64,000 nucleotides of DNA from Octopus sinensis (taxonomy: Eukaryota): positions 76,942,001-77,006,000 of the forward strand of contig NC_043006.1 in the NCBI RefSeq assembly GCF_006345805.1, read 5' to 3'. Below, piece after piece: positions 13,371-25,105 of the stretch. The position numbers and the translations under genes were made by a program. The notes under the pieces were generated by a model. The model worked only from the letters and a program-made list of their open reading frames with translations. It searched no databases and was not told the origin of the DNA. Positions within the stretch are counted from its first letter, which is position 1; the number at the start of each line of letters is the position of its first letter.

Positions 13371-13375
<5 letters not shown>
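13190..13375 (+). mobile_element. Short PLE-like element carrying a hammerhead motif, ending GGATTAAC-(TA)n
   Basis: Colinear with 53545-53746 (shared gaagagctc..ctcgaaacgttaaaccctc...cctgagcgtc...ttgttccacgt.ctcgcgtt...ggattaac). Confidence 0.7.
13247..13281 (+). ncRNA. Minimal type I hammerhead ribozyme motif
   Basis: GUUU-CUGACGA-A-GAG(CUCAA)CUC-GAA-ACGU-U/AAAC: stem I GUUU/AAAC, intact CUGANGA core plus one extra A, stem II GAG/CUC, palindromic helix III ACGU, GUU cleavage triplet. Confidence 0.7.
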
Positions 13376-13409
<34 letters not shown>

Positions 13410-13597
13410 GAGGCTCCGGCAGGGGGTGGTGATCCCTGCTGTACTCTTTCACCACTCTTTCTCCCACTCTTTCTTCAGTTGGCCTGCTCGCTTAGCCAGC
13501 GAGGTGGCGTCATTCGAAGGCTAAAACAATGCGAACGCATTGTGACCAGCGATGTGTAACTACATCTGATGGACTGGTCAGTCACGTGATGGTGATG

Positions 13598-13660
<63 letters not shown>

Positions 13661-14710
13661 TTATGTATACGTACATACACACACCTATATATATATATGG
13701 TTCTAGGAAAATTCAATCCCGGAAAATTCAGTCCCAATAAATCTGGTCCCGGACAATTTTTCGAATCGTTATCTCGTCATTTCGCCGACTATGGAATCCG
13801 TTCGCCCACACGTCCTTTCGCGCACAGGATAACGAATATTTTCAATTTTAAGAAACCCTGGTATGGCTGCAAAATATTCTAAAAGTGTGAAATACCAAGA
13901 CAAATTGATTGATGAATTTAATTATGTTTAAGACTTTCATGAGTTTAGTTCCGATGAGATAAGGAAACTGTGGCGCTGTGAGATTCGCTATACATCTCGT
14001 GCTCGTGTTCATACAGAGAATAAACCAGGTGAACCTATAATTATTTCAACAATCAATAGTCATGATCACGAACCAGCATCAAACGCTGTAGAAGCACGAT
14101 TCGCCACTTCAGCAGTAATAAAACGTTGCAAGATGGAGTTGAAACAAGTACTCGAGTGATCATTTCTGAAGCTACGAATAATATTAGTGAGAAAGGGAAA
14201 TATCAATTCCTACTGTTGCAAACAGTTTCTAGAAGTATTACAAACTGGTGAAAGAAAGCGTTTGGTGCTCCTCCGTTGCCTCTTCATCGAACTGGATTTC
14301 AATTGGCTGATCCTTTTTAAATACTTGGAAGGCAGCAATTTGTCCCTGCAATGCGACACAGGCAGTAAATGTTGAAAAGAGGATTTTAATCTTTGCCTCT
14401 AACGATGATCTTCAACAATTGGAAAACAACTCATTTTTAGGAATAGATAGCGCATTCAAATCATCAGCAGATGTATGGTATTAGCTTTTCACCATTCACG
14501 CTGTCATAATTGCTCGAGCTTTCATTCTACTGCCGGACAAAACACAAGCAACATATGACAAGACCTTTCTTGAAATAAAAAAAAAAAAGTATTGATTGAC
14601 TTTGAACGGGAAATTCGTAACAACTGTGACAATAAATTTACTGGAAGCACCATCGTAGGTTGTTTATTTCCTTTTTCTAGGAAATTATGCCAAACAGTTT
14701 CTAGGAAATA

Positions 14711-15108
14711 GGCGAAGGAGTGGCTGTGTGGTAATTAGCTTGCTTACCGACCACATGGTTCCGGGTTCAGTCCCACTGCGTGGCACCTTGGACAAGTGTC
14801 TTCTACTATAGCCTCGGGTTGACCAAAGCCTTGTGAGTGGATTTGGTAGACGGAAATTGAAAGAAGCCCGTCGTATATATGTATATGTATATATATGTGT
14901 GCGTGTATGTGTATGCATTTGTCCCACCAACATCACATGACAACGGATGCTGGTGTGTTTACGCCCCCGTTACTTAGCTGTTCGGCAAAAAAGACCGATA
15001 GAATAAGTACAAGGTTCACAAAGAATAAGTCCTGGGGTCGATTTCCTCGACTAAAAGGCGGTGCTCCAGAATGGCCGTAGTCAAATGACTGAAGCAAGTA
15101 AAAGAGTA
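14711..15108 (+). mobile_element. tRNA-derived SINE family B nested in the MULE transposase
   Basis: ggagtggctgtgtggtaa...ggttcagtccc head, internal (TA/TG) tract, tail tcaaatgactgaagcaagtaaaagagtaa. Other copies at 58785-59170(+), 50150-50530(-), 22095-22350(-), 44700-44905(+, 3' part), 12670-12870(-), 15900-16050(-). Confidence 0.88.
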
Positions 15109-15163
15109 ACTCGGATATAAAGTTCAATATAGTGCTGATGGTTCTTTTACCACTAAAATAAAA

Positions 15164-15646
15164 ATGTTCTGTGCAGTGGCATTTTTACCACCAGAAGAAT
15201 TAATCGATAATTATGAAGATCTCTGTGAGGACGAATCAGTTCCAATGGATTCTATAAGCTATTTCGAGCTGACGTACATTGGATCAAAGAGAGGAAGACG
15301 TGACAGACGAGATCCCTTGTATCCAGTTAATTTTTGGACTGTTTACAGTCGAGTAATTCAGGAATTGCCTCGGACAAACAATGCTCTTGAGGGGTTTCTC
15401 TCAGCATTGCACACATCAATAACAAGCAAGCACCCAAACATCTGGAAGCTTATTAATGCTCTTCAAAAAGAAGAAACTCTTACACAGATCAAAATAATTC
15501 ATGCCCAAAGAGGAGTCAATCCACGGAAAAAGAGAAAAGACCAGTCAATAGATGCGCGGATAAAAGACCTTGTGCAATCTTATGAGAGTAACGATAAATT
15601 AGCTTTCCTAAAGGCAATTGCTCATTCATTAACATTTTCGGTTTAA
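15164..15646 (+). pseudogene. MULE transposase C-terminal fragment
   Basis: AFLP, YFELTYIG, PLYPVNFW, PRTNNALEG and HPNIWKLI are typical MULE C-terminal motifs. The upstream part carries stops and a SINE insertion. Confidence 0.85.
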
Positions 15647-15828
15647 TTTTAAACATGAGTTACCCTTATTTTTCTGCTGGTTTATACATGTGACTTTTAT
15701 TAATAAAATTATTATTCTATTTTGTTTTTTATTAGTAAAAATCAACGTTTACATGAGAAGTATTTACTAACGCCTAAGCTCAATATTTTTCGGGACCGAA
15801 TATTCCGGGACCGAATTTTCTGGTCACC

Positions 15829-15889
<61 letters not shown>

Positions 15890-16101
15890 CGATATATTAC
15901 GAGCTTCCACAGCTTTCATCAGTCAGAACACTTATAGAGCATCCTTATTCGACACGGGCTATGGGAGTAATTATTTGTCCAAGGTGTCGCACAGCAGTAA
16001 TGAACCTGAAACCACATGGTTGCGAATCGATATTCTTAACAACACATTCATCATTAAGACCCGAAGATAGTTTTTTCGTTATTGTTTATTTATTTATTTA
16101 C

Positions 16102-16266
16102 TTGATAAGTTCACGTCCAGAGCCAACTCCTCGCCTTCCCAGTAGATAACAATATCCGACCTGCCGCAGAAACTTGCGGAAAGGCATTGGCCAAATCGGC
16201 CACAACCGGACGCACTATGACCCATTTTCTTCTCCCATGTGATGTCCTGGTTATCGTCGACAACGA
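16102..16266 (-). CDS. Candidate internal coding exon (phase 1-1, 165 nt), product unknown: VVDDNQDITWEKKMGHSASGCGRFGQCLSASFCGRSDIVIYWEGEELALDVNLS
   Basis: Non-repetitive, visibly GC-rich island. Acceptor ttactgatcctcAG at 16268-16267, donor A|GTAAAT at 16101, open frame between them. No homology recognised. Confidence 0.5.
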
Positions 16267-16585
16267 CTGAGGATCAGTAACATTATCATATTTATTTATG
16301 TATTTTCCTTTCATCCAGTCATTTATTTATATTTTGCTAATTATCTACTACTTTTTCTTCTTAACAAATTTAGTGTTACAATCTCATAAAACACATTTAT
16401 TTCGTCTCGTCTAGAAGCTTAATTTTGTATTCATATCGACATTGCATATTCATAAACATGATACTATCAATTGGATATGGGCAGGATTAGAGCTCAGACG
16501 TAGGACGCCGGAACAAATGTCGCAAAACACTTCTGACACACTGATTCTACCAATCCACAGTCGTGATTATATCATGGCTTGGTTT

Positions 16586-17225
16586 ACGGCGGTGAATTGT
16601 AGAATGACTACTGCGCTGGACAACATGCTTGGTGGTATTTCTTCTGACTTTAAAGTCGGCGAGCTGGCAGAAAGGTTAGCAAGCCGGGCGAAATGCTTAG
16701 CAGTATTTCGTCTGCCGCTACGTTGTGGGTTCAAATTCCGCCGAGGTCGACTTTGCTTTTCATCCTTTCGGGGTCGATTAAATAAATACCAGTTACGCAC
16801 TGGGGTCGATGTAATCGACTTAATACCTATGTCTGTCCTTGTGAGTCCCCTCTATGTTTAGCCCCTTGTGGGTAATAGAGAAATAGGTATTTCTTCTGCC
16901 GTTACGTTCTGATTTCAAATTCCGCCGCGGTCGACTTTGCCTTTCATCCTTTCGGGGTCGATTAAATAAGTACCAGTTACGCACTGGGGTCGATTTAAAC
17001 GACTTGATCCGTTTGTCTGTCCTTGTTTGTCCTCTCTGTGTTTAACCCCTTGTGGGTAGTAAAGAAATAGGTATTTCTTCTGACTTTACGTTCTGAGTTC
17101 AAAAGCCGTCGGGGCCGACTTTGTCTTTCATCCTTTGAGGGCGATAAAAAAAAAGAGGGATCAATTCGATGTAATCGACTTAATCCCTTCCACGAAATTG
17201 CCGGCTATGTACCAAAGTTTGAAAC
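16586..17225 (+). mobile_element. Nested SINE A cluster: an older short-tail copy interrupted by two long-tail copies (16653-17069), with 19-bp duplication GGTATTTCTTCTGACTTTA
   Basis: Duplication at 16634-16652 and 17070-17088. Internal junction aaata|ggtatttc after 16885. Confidence 0.85.
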
Positions 17226-17281
17226 GAATCTCATGACTTGGTTTCGCACTGAAAGATTTATGAAGGGTAGTGTTGATATAC

Positions 17282-17328
17282 TGCATGTTCGCCAGTGGAT
17301 GACGGGGCCACGATTCAAGCAGGCTTGG
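17282..17328 (-). CDS. Candidate 47-nt exon (phase 2-1): QACLNRGPVIHWRTC
   Basis: Pyrimidine-rich acceptor tctttcttcacctgctgtAG and weak donor A|GTATAT. Phases bridge the 17425-17548 and 16102-16266 candidates. Confidence 0.3.
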
Positions 17329-17424
17329 CTACAGCAGGTGAAGAAAGATTCCGTTATAGATTGAGGACTTCTGCGTTATGATCCTTCCTCATTTTTGCTT
17401 TTTATTCAAGTCAGCCCCACGTAC

Positions 17425-17548
17425 ATTCTCGGAGCACGGGATAGACTGGTAAAGACTGTATCGTCTGTATCCTGAGTAAGGTCTATCGTTGACCACTGGT
17501 TATGATCGATGTGACAGGTACCGAAGGATTTCTTTGGATTTTCCTCAT
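17425..17548 (-). CDS. Candidate 124-nt exon (phase 1-2): EENPKKSFGTCHIDHNQWSTIDLTQDTDDTVFTSLSRAPR
   Basis: Acceptor tatataatacAG at 17550-17549, donor AT|GTACGT at 17424, open frame, raised GC. Confidence 0.35.
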
Positions 17549-18454
17549 CTGTATTATATACAGTGTTTATTGAGATATCAGTGATCAGTTTATGATGAAC
17601 TTCGCATCTTATAAATTCCGTTGCTACAAAACGGCTATCCAGGCCTGATCAAAATCCTTTTTGTTCCTCGTTATTAAAAGTGGATTAATTTCACTTGTTA
17701 GATTGCATTTCAGATATTAATCACAAAATAACAAACACATCATATTTATTTATTCATTCATTTATTTATTTATTTTGTATTTCATGTTGATTCGATTCTC
17801 ATAATGAACTCCATAATTAGGTCTTTGTTGTGGGAAATGTCTATGTTTTGCGTAGTTTTATGTGATTGCCTTTTAATTGTTTCAGCATTAAATGCTGTTG
17901 ATACTGTGTGCTTGATCCCGTTCCTCTTGCATATAAAACATTCTGACTCCCAGAAATCGATTTAATTGTGGAACACTCGCATATATAATGATGTGAGTCT
18001 CATTAGACATCAGATCACACGAGCTATATTTAAAAAAAAAATCTCGCTTAAAACAACTATAGTCGTTGTTATTGTTGCTTTAGTTGTCATTGTTTAACTC
18101 CAGGTCAGGCTCACTTGAGACGGCTCACTTAAGAGATCAAAGTGCTTAAGTTGTTACATCCAGTTATTTTATGTTACGGACTATATTGTTTCATTTATGG
18201 TTTATTTAAGACACAATTTTATGATTCTAAAGACATTTAGCTGCTAATTGTAGCAGACCGATCGAGGTGGTAGTGTTAAACTGGTTGCTGTCTTACACTG
18301 GCCACTAAAAACATTGCGATGTTAATATTGACTGAAACCGATGTAAAGATCTAAATCGAATGTGGCCAATCTTTTGCTATTAAAACTAAATTTTCAAGTT
18401 AAAAAAACTAGAGACAATATAGGCAGGAAGAGATTTTCTAAAAGGTTAAACGAC

Positions 18455-18485
<31 letters not shown>

Positions 18486-18501
18486 CGTACATATATATAT
18501 T

Positions 18502-18574
<73 letters not shown>

Positions 18575-18595
18575 GTACATATACGTACATATATT

Positions 18596-18627
<32 letters not shown>

Positions 18628-18944
18628 CGTATACACACACACACTCACATATCTGTGTTTCCTACGTTTAATGCAAAAGCAGTACCGAGTGAGAATTTTG
18701 TAATAATAATAATTATAAGCTGAAAGCTTATAATACTGATTAGTATTATTTACAGTATATATAAATATATAAGAACCGCTGCTTTACACAAACTTAATAG
18801 CTTCATTAATTGGAATATTATGAATCTCATAAAGCATCATGTTACAGAAACAAAGATAACAACAGTTGGCGATTATCCGAGATCAGCCCCTGCTGAGTGG
18901 AACTGTAATCACAGATTTGCTTTATGTTCATATAGATGTATATT

Positions 18945-19282
18945 TATGGGTGTCCTCTATTTGTTGTCATTTTAAAATGATAGTGTGTGATTCGTAAACG
19001 CCGAAGGTTACTTCGGTGGTTCAAATTACCAAATGGGCTAAGCGTCAGCCGGCATCTTAAGATACTTTCCGTGCTGGTGCTTTTAGTCGCCATGATAGAT
19101 CGTTTGCCACTACACACATTTTTTCTCTCCTTGTTTCTCTCCTTGTTTTTTCTGTTTCCCTTTCTGTACAAGAGCGTAGGCTCGAAACGTAAAAGACTTT
19201 TTCTATTCCTGAGCGTTATACTAATACATCTCTTTGTTTTGTACACCACCTGTCTTCGTCTTTTGATTTTTTCGTAAACCCT

Positions 19283-19285
<3 letters not shown>
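18945..19285 (+). mobile_element. PLE-like fragment with degenerate hammerhead motif (19160-19195), abutting (TA)n
   Basis: CUUU-CUGUACA-A-GAGC(GUAG)GCUC-GAA-ACGU-A/AAAG followed by ttcctgagcgt as in 13190/53545. The core has two substitutions. Confidence 0.55.
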
Positions 19286-19346
<61 letters not shown>

Positions 19347-20268
19347 TGGGTCCTCGAGGAAAGTTAGTCGATGACAAATATTCAGGTTTATAGTTATTTA
19401 CTTGCGGCAAACGGTATTTAGGAGAATTAATTAAACAAAATACACTTTGCTCTTTGTCATTATTTAAATATTAAAACATGCATAAAATTATTTCCAAACG
19501 TGCGCATACACACACTCACATAGTCACACAAGCACACATACCTACACACACATACACACACAGGCGCTCGTGAATACACGAACACGTACGTGCACATATA
19601 ATTTATATACAAATTGATGATCTTAGTGTTATCTTTACGCAGCGTTTAGGTAACTAAATGACCTGTCAGCGTTTCAGCGAAATATATAATCATACTAGAA
19701 GTATCATAACAGCAAATCGCCTTTGCTGATCATGTTCGTGGGGCGACGAAACTGAGAGAAAGTGAGAGAGAGAGACAGAGACAGAGACAGATAGACAGAC
19801 TGAAATAGATAGAGAGAAAACCAAAAAAAAAATATATAAGAAGCAGACGAAGAGAGAAAGTGAGAGCGATGGCGACACTTTGTCAATTATATTAGTATAT
19901 GTTAACAATTTTTAAGCTTGTACTGTCGATTGCAAATTACAAATAAATGAACTGAGTCATTCGATATTTAAATGCATTAGTTGTGGATAATATTATCAGA
20001 CATTTAGGCCGAATGGTTTAGTAATTACTCTTCTGAAGTTAATATTATTAAGACACAGAATTCGTGGAAATTCCGTGTTTTATAAATGATTTCCTTTGTC
20101 TATTTATTGCATAAATTTACAGCGCTTCAAAACACTGGTTCATTATCTCAACGAATTTCAGCTTCGTCAGAATATTCTATCGCGCACTCGCGCGTGTGTG
20201 TGTGTATATATATATGTATATATATATATATATATATGTATATGTATATATATATATATGTATATGTA

Positions 20269-20338
<70 letters not shown>

Positions 20339-20566
20339 GTATATATATATATATATATATAATATATTATATATATATATATGTATATGTATTATATATA
20401 TATGTATATATATTATATATATATATGTATATATGAATGTATGTATGTATTATCTATTTATCTATACCTAGATAGATAGGTACATACCTGTATACATGAA
20501 CATATACATTCATACATACATATATATAATATAGATAGATGCATATACACATGAACACATACACAC

Positions 20567-20604
<38 letters not shown>

Positions 20605-20615
20605 TATATATATAT

Positions 20616-20647
<32 letters not shown>

Positions 20648-20653
20648 ATATAT

Positions 20654-20707
<54 letters not shown>

Positions 20708-20989
20708 TTATGTGTGTGTGTGTGTGGTGGGAGCTGTATAGCTACTACCGTCTTTTTTATGTATTTCAATGTGAGAATTTTAATATAAGGAATTTTCCTA
20801 AATTTCTTCCTGTAAGTCAATGCGAGCAAAGTTGGCAACGAAAATGAATAGACAACAAGAGTACTGAGGGAGTGCAAACCACCGCCAAGACAACACCAAT
20901 GACCAGAGATGCTTTTTAAAATGAGAATATCTGAAAGAAACTCGGCTGCTCTCACAAATAATGAATTCGACCGCTCTCAAGCATACATA

Positions 20990-21203
20990 AATAAAAAAAC
21001 AAAGAACAGGAAAAAATTCCAGAATTCCTGTCCTGTACCGAATCGATCTCCAAATCTAATCCGTTCGTGCCAGTCACGAAGCCAAACATCCCTGAAGGTT
21101 TCATCCGAATCCATCCAGCAGTTCTTGAGATATCTTGTCCACAGTCAAACAAACAAACACGACTGAAAACAATACCTCCGCCTTAGCGATGGCGGAGGTA
21201 ATA
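20990..21203 (+). mobile_element. Helentron/HINE-like non-autonomous element end
   Basis: (AAAC)n tract followed by a perfect 10-bp hairpin TACCTCCGCC-ttagcgat-GGCGGAGGTA (21173-21200) at the terminus. Confidence 0.55.
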
Positions 21204-22719
21204 AATTCAATATTACTCAATTAAGTAAACTTAAGTATGCATATACGTCTGAGTTATGTAGCAGATGTTACTGAGGCTTTCATCAATTATATAGAAGTTC
21301 ACGTGATGTCTGTTTGCTTTTTGATTGTTTAATACAAATTAAATCAACTGATAACAATATTGTGTGATGAATAAATATAGTTTAGGGAATTCCATAAGAG
21401 CGTATGTTATTGATGCATTCTCCGGTGACATCAGACTGTTTCAAGCCATCTCAGAATCCGTCTCTCGCTTTCTCTCATTATCTCTCTCTCTCTCTCTCCC
21501 TAATACATTCCTGCATGAATATTAGATATCAGTAAGAGAGACTAATGATATGTTAATTTTTACGCTGCCACTGTAGCTTTACATTAGCAACACGGCCTGT
21601 GCGCAGCTAGGGTGATTAAGTATTTCATGATTACGTCAAATTATTGAAAACGACACTGAATGCATACGAAGCATTCGTTAATGAAATAATTAGCTTTTTT
21701 GCATTGAGAGAAAGCAGGTGCAAAAATCACAACAGTCGTCACTCGCAAACGAGTAAATGCTTTCGCTAACTGGTTAAGTGTCTAAGTAGCCGATTCCTCT
21801 TGACCAGCGTGATACACAGCGTTTGAAAATACTGGAAGTGGGGAATGCAGCATCAGGCCTAGGCGTCCACTCTAAGTTTTCCTGGACTGGAGCAACGTGA
21901 AATAAAGTACCTTGCTCAAAGACACAGGGTATCGCCTAATCCAAGAAGTGAATCCATAATCTTACAGTCATGAGCCTAACACACTCAGAATTAAGTCACT
22001 CGCCTCTTCACAATAAAACACGGTTGTTTGAAGGTTGGTATACACCGGCATAGACAAAATTCAATATATATATATATATATATAATAGTTACTCTTTTAC
22101 TTGCTTCAGTCATTTGACTGCGGCCATGTTGCAGCACTGCCTTTAATCGAGCAGCTCGACCCCGGAACTTATTCTTTTGTAAGCCCAGTACTTATTCTAT
22201 CAGTCTCTTTTGCCGAACCGCTAAGTAACCAGCATCGGTTGTCAAGCAACGCTAGGGGGACAAACTCAGACACACAAACACACAAACACACACACGCATA
22301 TATATATATACATATACACGACGGGCTTCTTTCAGTTTCCGTCTACCAATAATAATTTTTCTGTCGTCTTGGGTTAACATCCCTCACTGTTTGTTTTTAC
22401 TGTTTTGTTCTCACTGTCCTGTTCTTGTTACCACTTTCACTCTCCGCAAAAAATCCCAAATCTTATTTAATTTCCTTTGCGGGAAGGACTGTTTCCATGA
22501 AGTCGTGTCTTGTCCTTACCCTCGTACGTGGAGTAGATGAAACAGGGACAACTAAAGAAGGGGAATATTCTTTATGTTGTATGTCTCGTTTCTCAGTTTT
22601 TTTCGTTGTTTCGTAAAAAGTTCGTTTCCAGGTTTTTGTTTTTATGTTTTTGTTTCTCATTGTGTTTTTTTATGTTCTGTACCCATACATGCATGTATAT
22701 ATATACATATATATAATAT

Positions 22720-22754
<35 letters not shown>

Positions 22755-22826
22755 ATATATATATGTAGGTATGTACATGTATGTATATATGCATATGTTT
22801 ATATATTATTTATGTATTATATATAA

Positions 22827-22916
<90 letters not shown>

Positions 22917-22927
22917 ATATATATATA

Positions 22928-23140
22928 TGGGTGCGAGCTGGCGGAATCGTTAGCATGCGGGACAAAATGATTAGAGACATTTCGTCTGCTTATACATTCT
23001 GAGCTGAAATTCCACCAAGGTCGACTTTGCCTTTCATACTTTCAGGATCGATAAAATAAGTACCATTTGAGCACTAGGATCGATGTAATCGACTTAGACG
23101 CTTTCCCGAAATTTCTGGCTTTGTGTCAAAATTTGAAACC
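22928..23140 (+). mobile_element. SINE family A, short-tail variant (ends ...ggccttgtgccaaaatttgaaac); also 24578-24790(+), 2330-2490(-), 49395-49545(+)
   Basis: Same head and body as the long-tail copies but a different 3' end. Confidence 0.85.
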
Positions 23141-24161
23141 ATTATATATAATATGAAACTTTGATATTTTAGCTTGTAAGCTGACGTCGTATAGGGACGG
23201 CCATTTGCAAAACAATCTTAATGTGTAGTCTTCTAATCAAACGACATCTGTTTCAGAAAGCTGTTTTTCAGTTTACCTTATTACAGTTTTCAGCACTCTT
23301 CTTTTCAAGACCATGACTACACCACAGGGCTAATGAAATTTCAATATATATTGGTATTTACGAAATGTCAAATAACTACATCTCCTAGGCGAAGATAAAT
23401 AGTTCAGGCTCCATGTAATTAGAAATTACAGATTACAATTTGAGAAACACAAACTTCTCTGAGCATTACTGCTTTCGCTAATCGGAATGATTTGAAAACA
23501 TTATCGCTAATAGAAGCCTTGCTGTGCACGAAGAGAACAAATTTATAGACGATCATTAAATACAAGAAAGAAAGAATTGTTCCGTGGTTTCAACTGATTT
23601 TATTTCTCCAGACATGAATATTTTATTTCTTAATACAGGAAATATCCCTCTGATTATTGTTGAAAGGAAACTGAAAGGTACTGCAGATTTCTTTCACAGA
23701 CACACAATACACGATATTACATGGATTGTTAAAACGCTTGGTTTCTCCCAAACTTCTTCATACGTGTCCAAACTAACTCATGCCTACCTCACATTCGGAC
23801 TATAGTTTTTGTTTATCATGTTATTGACTTAAAAGAAAGATTTATCGGATGTTATTAAGAATCAAACGACGAGCTTTTCAGATTTTGAAACTGCTATTTA
23901 TTTATGATGATTAATATATAACCAAATCTTACCTTAGAGGTTTTTAGTGTTAATAGAAGTCTAGGGAGTCTGCAAGTTAAGGGAGTCAAACTAATAATTA
24001 TATTACGTATCCTGGAAACGTGAAACATAGTTGAGTAAACGCAAGGAATATAGGTTAGTCTACTTAGTGTATTTTATTCGTAGCGTTACTGTTTCTTCTG
24101 CGTCGGATTGGATAATACTACTGGAATGCTGAAGCCGCGGTAACGTAATCTTTATCATAAA

Positions 24162-24557
24162 CTAGCAGTATCACCCGGCGTTGCTCGGGTTTGTAAGGGA
24201 AATAACTATATAAGCATTTTTAGAGAGTTATAGCCAAAAAATAGCAAAAAAGCCATTAAAAATGGAAAAAAAATTATGGTAAATTTTTTTTAAATCGTTG
24301 ACTCATCGTAGACATTTTTAGAGAATTACTTCCCTTATATAATAGCGAAAAAATGCATTAAAATGGAATAAAATGATAGTAAATTATTTTTAAAATCGTA
24401 GACTCATCGTAGACGCGCGTTAATACACAGAAGGGCTCGATATGAATCACGACTATAAGATACCCGCTTTTGGTTACACTGCACCGCAAAATGTGGGAGT
24501 AGTTAGGAATCTAAATCGTAGGAGACAGACACACAACTTGACTTTTCTATATAAAGA
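24162..24557 (-). mobile_element. Non-autonomous Helitron
   Basis: On the minus strand: A|TC start at 24557, subterminal hairpin CCCGAGCAACGCCGGG (24189-24174), CTAG|T end at 24162. This is canonical Helitron terminal architecture inserted between A and T. Confidence 0.85.
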
Positions 24558-25008
24558 TATCAGAATGATCATTCAGGCGGAGATCGGGCAGAATCGTTAG
24601 CACACCGGGCGACATGCTTAGAAGCATTTTTGCCCGTCTTTACTCTCTGAGTTCAAATTCCACCGGGGTCAGCTTTGCCTTTCATCCTTTCATGGATCGA
24701 TAAAATAAGTACCAGCTGAACAATTGGGTCGATATAATCGACTTACTCACCCCTGAATTGCTGGCATTGTGCTACAATTTGAAATCAATTCTAGAATTGT
24801 CTCTGACAAACATATTCACACACACACACACCCATATATGAGGGATTGCTCTTATTTCTACCTATATATATTTATGTACGAGTGTGTGTATATATATATA
24901 TAATATAAATAATATATATGTGCATTTATGCATATACATACATATATGTGTGTGTATATAAAATATATATATTATATATATATATATATGTATATATATT
25001 ATGCATAT

Positions 25009-25046
<38 letters not shown>

Positions 25047-25073
25047 ATACATATATATATATACATATATATG

Positions 25074-25105
<32 letters not shown>

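Larger units (their letters stand above)
13699..15828 (+). mobile_element. Mutator-like (MULE) DNA transposon with FLYWCH-type N-terminus, decayed, inserted in (TA)n
   Basis: Imperfect TIRs GGTTCTAGGAAAATTCAATCCCGG... and ...CCGGGACCGAATTTTCTGGTCACC (28/37 match). Fragments: LWRCEIRYTSRARVHT...HDHEP (~13965-14075), ILIFASNDDLQQLENNSFLGIDSAFKS (~14385-14465), IDFE...IVGCLF (~14595-14670), and ORF 15164..15646 with LPRTNNALEG...HPNIWKLINALQKEE. Confidence 0.88.

Noticed and set aside
16442-16861. 139-aa plus-strand ORF and similar ORFs containing FKFRRGRLC or RPRRNLNS
   Set aside because: They read through SINE A copies; the same peptides recur wherever the SINE lies.
19343-19400. TA|CAGTGGG as a Tc1-like terminus
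   Set aside because: No matching opposite TIR was found.
20215-20440. TT/AA phase shifts inside (TA)n tracts as a coded pattern
   Set aside because: Most simply explained by slippage or long-read indel errors in TA repeats.
20800-20935. Minus-strand hydrophobic peptide SLVIGVVLAVVCTPSVLLLSIHF as a transmembrane exon
   Set aside because: Three alternative open frames and acceptors fit equally well; no way to choose one from sequence alone.
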